Source: an uncultured Opitutia bacterium
GTDB lineage: Bacteria; Verrucomicrobiota; Verrucomicrobiia; Opitutales; UBA953
NCBI GenBank assembly: GCA_903855995.1
Contig: CAIOAN010000013.1
Coordinates: 78,875 to 142,874 of the forward strand
Direction: 5' to 3'
DNA length: 64,000 nt
Shown: piece after piece, positions 63,835 through 64,000 of the stretch
Layout of the letters: every line of letters starts with the position of its first letter
Numbering within the stretch: position 1 is the first letter of the stretch
The notes under the pieces: model-generated
Told to the model about the DNA's origin: nothing
The model's input: only the letters and a program-made list of their open reading frames with translations
The model's database searches: none
Program-made: the position numbers and the translations under genes

Positions 63835-64000
63835 GCTGGCATGGTGAACGGCTGCGAAGCAGAGGCAAGGGGCGTAAGTGGGCAAAGTGCAAAGGTGAAC
63901 TCGCGTGGAACGCGAGAGGGGGCAAGTGGGCACGGTGACACGGGGACAAGGGAGGCAAAGCGGCGGAGTCGCGACAAGATGAGAGGCCCGGAGGCTCAGA
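63835..64000. repeat. mosaic intergenic repeat block (cut by window end)
   Basis: ggggacatgctggcatggtga (as at 18262), ggcaagtgggca words, and acaagggaggcaaagcggcggagtcgcgacaagatgagaggcccggaggctcaga (as at 60460-60510). Confidence 0.8.

Overview
All domain calls come from reading motifs by eye, with no searches run, so they are hypotheses with the stated confidence. This is a high-GC bacterial chromosome segment. The RAYT-like gene and the dense intergenic repeats would fit Verrucomicrobiota or Planctomycetota, but that is inference only.

The window has three parts.

(1) nt 1-15.3 kb is a tightly packed aryl-polyene/flexirubin-type lipid-pigment cluster. It holds two KS genes, a hotdog dehydratase, a FabG-type reductase, an aromatic ammonia-lyase, a GT2-acyltransferase fusion, a membrane-adenylase-hotdog fusion, two ACPs, a PlsC-type acyltransferase, a KS-like chain-length factor, lipoproteins, a LolA-like protein and an MMPL exporter.

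(2) nt ~15.7-61.7 kb is a ~46-kb mosaic, mostly lower-GC island ending at the 3' end of a tRNA-Met(CAU)-like gene. It is packed with nucleic-acid-targeting genes:
- a DUF2779 nuclease
- a HigBA-like toxin-antitoxin pair
- two DUF3800 genes
- a transglutaminase-like membrane protein
- a RAYT/IS200-like Y1 transposase bracketed by 91-nt hairpins
- an acidic protein next to a DUF262 protein
- a four-gene minus-strand operon (UvrD-like helicase, DrmA-like helicase, DUF1998/DrmB-like protein, NERD-helicase) divergent from a C5-cytosine methyltransferase
- an HNH gene
- a GHKL-ATPase + Z1 + SRA-like-HNH module
- a second C5-methyltransferase with an internally duplicated 540-aa partner
- McrBC
- an AddB/AddA-like helicase-nuclease pair fused into an operon with a second NERD-helicase
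- two diverged paralogs of an unknown family around the second DUF3800
- a small HD-domain alarmone-hydrolase-like gene

(3) nt 61.7-64 kb has a ~0.9-kb ORF-free segment rich in GNRA and UUCG tetraloops, with its own promoter-like site and intrinsic terminator. I treat it as a candidate large ncRNA. More repeats and phnA/yjdM follow.

Nearly every intergenic spacer of the island is built from a recurring vocabulary of repeats. These are GTAG-headed hairpins with covarying stems and arrays of short stuttered words.

Best candidates for something undescribed:
- the rewired DISARM-like four-helicase operon
- the AddAB-like + NERD-helicase operon
- the GHKL-Z1-SRA/HNH module
- the unknown paralog pair with DUF3800
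- the candidate large ncRNA
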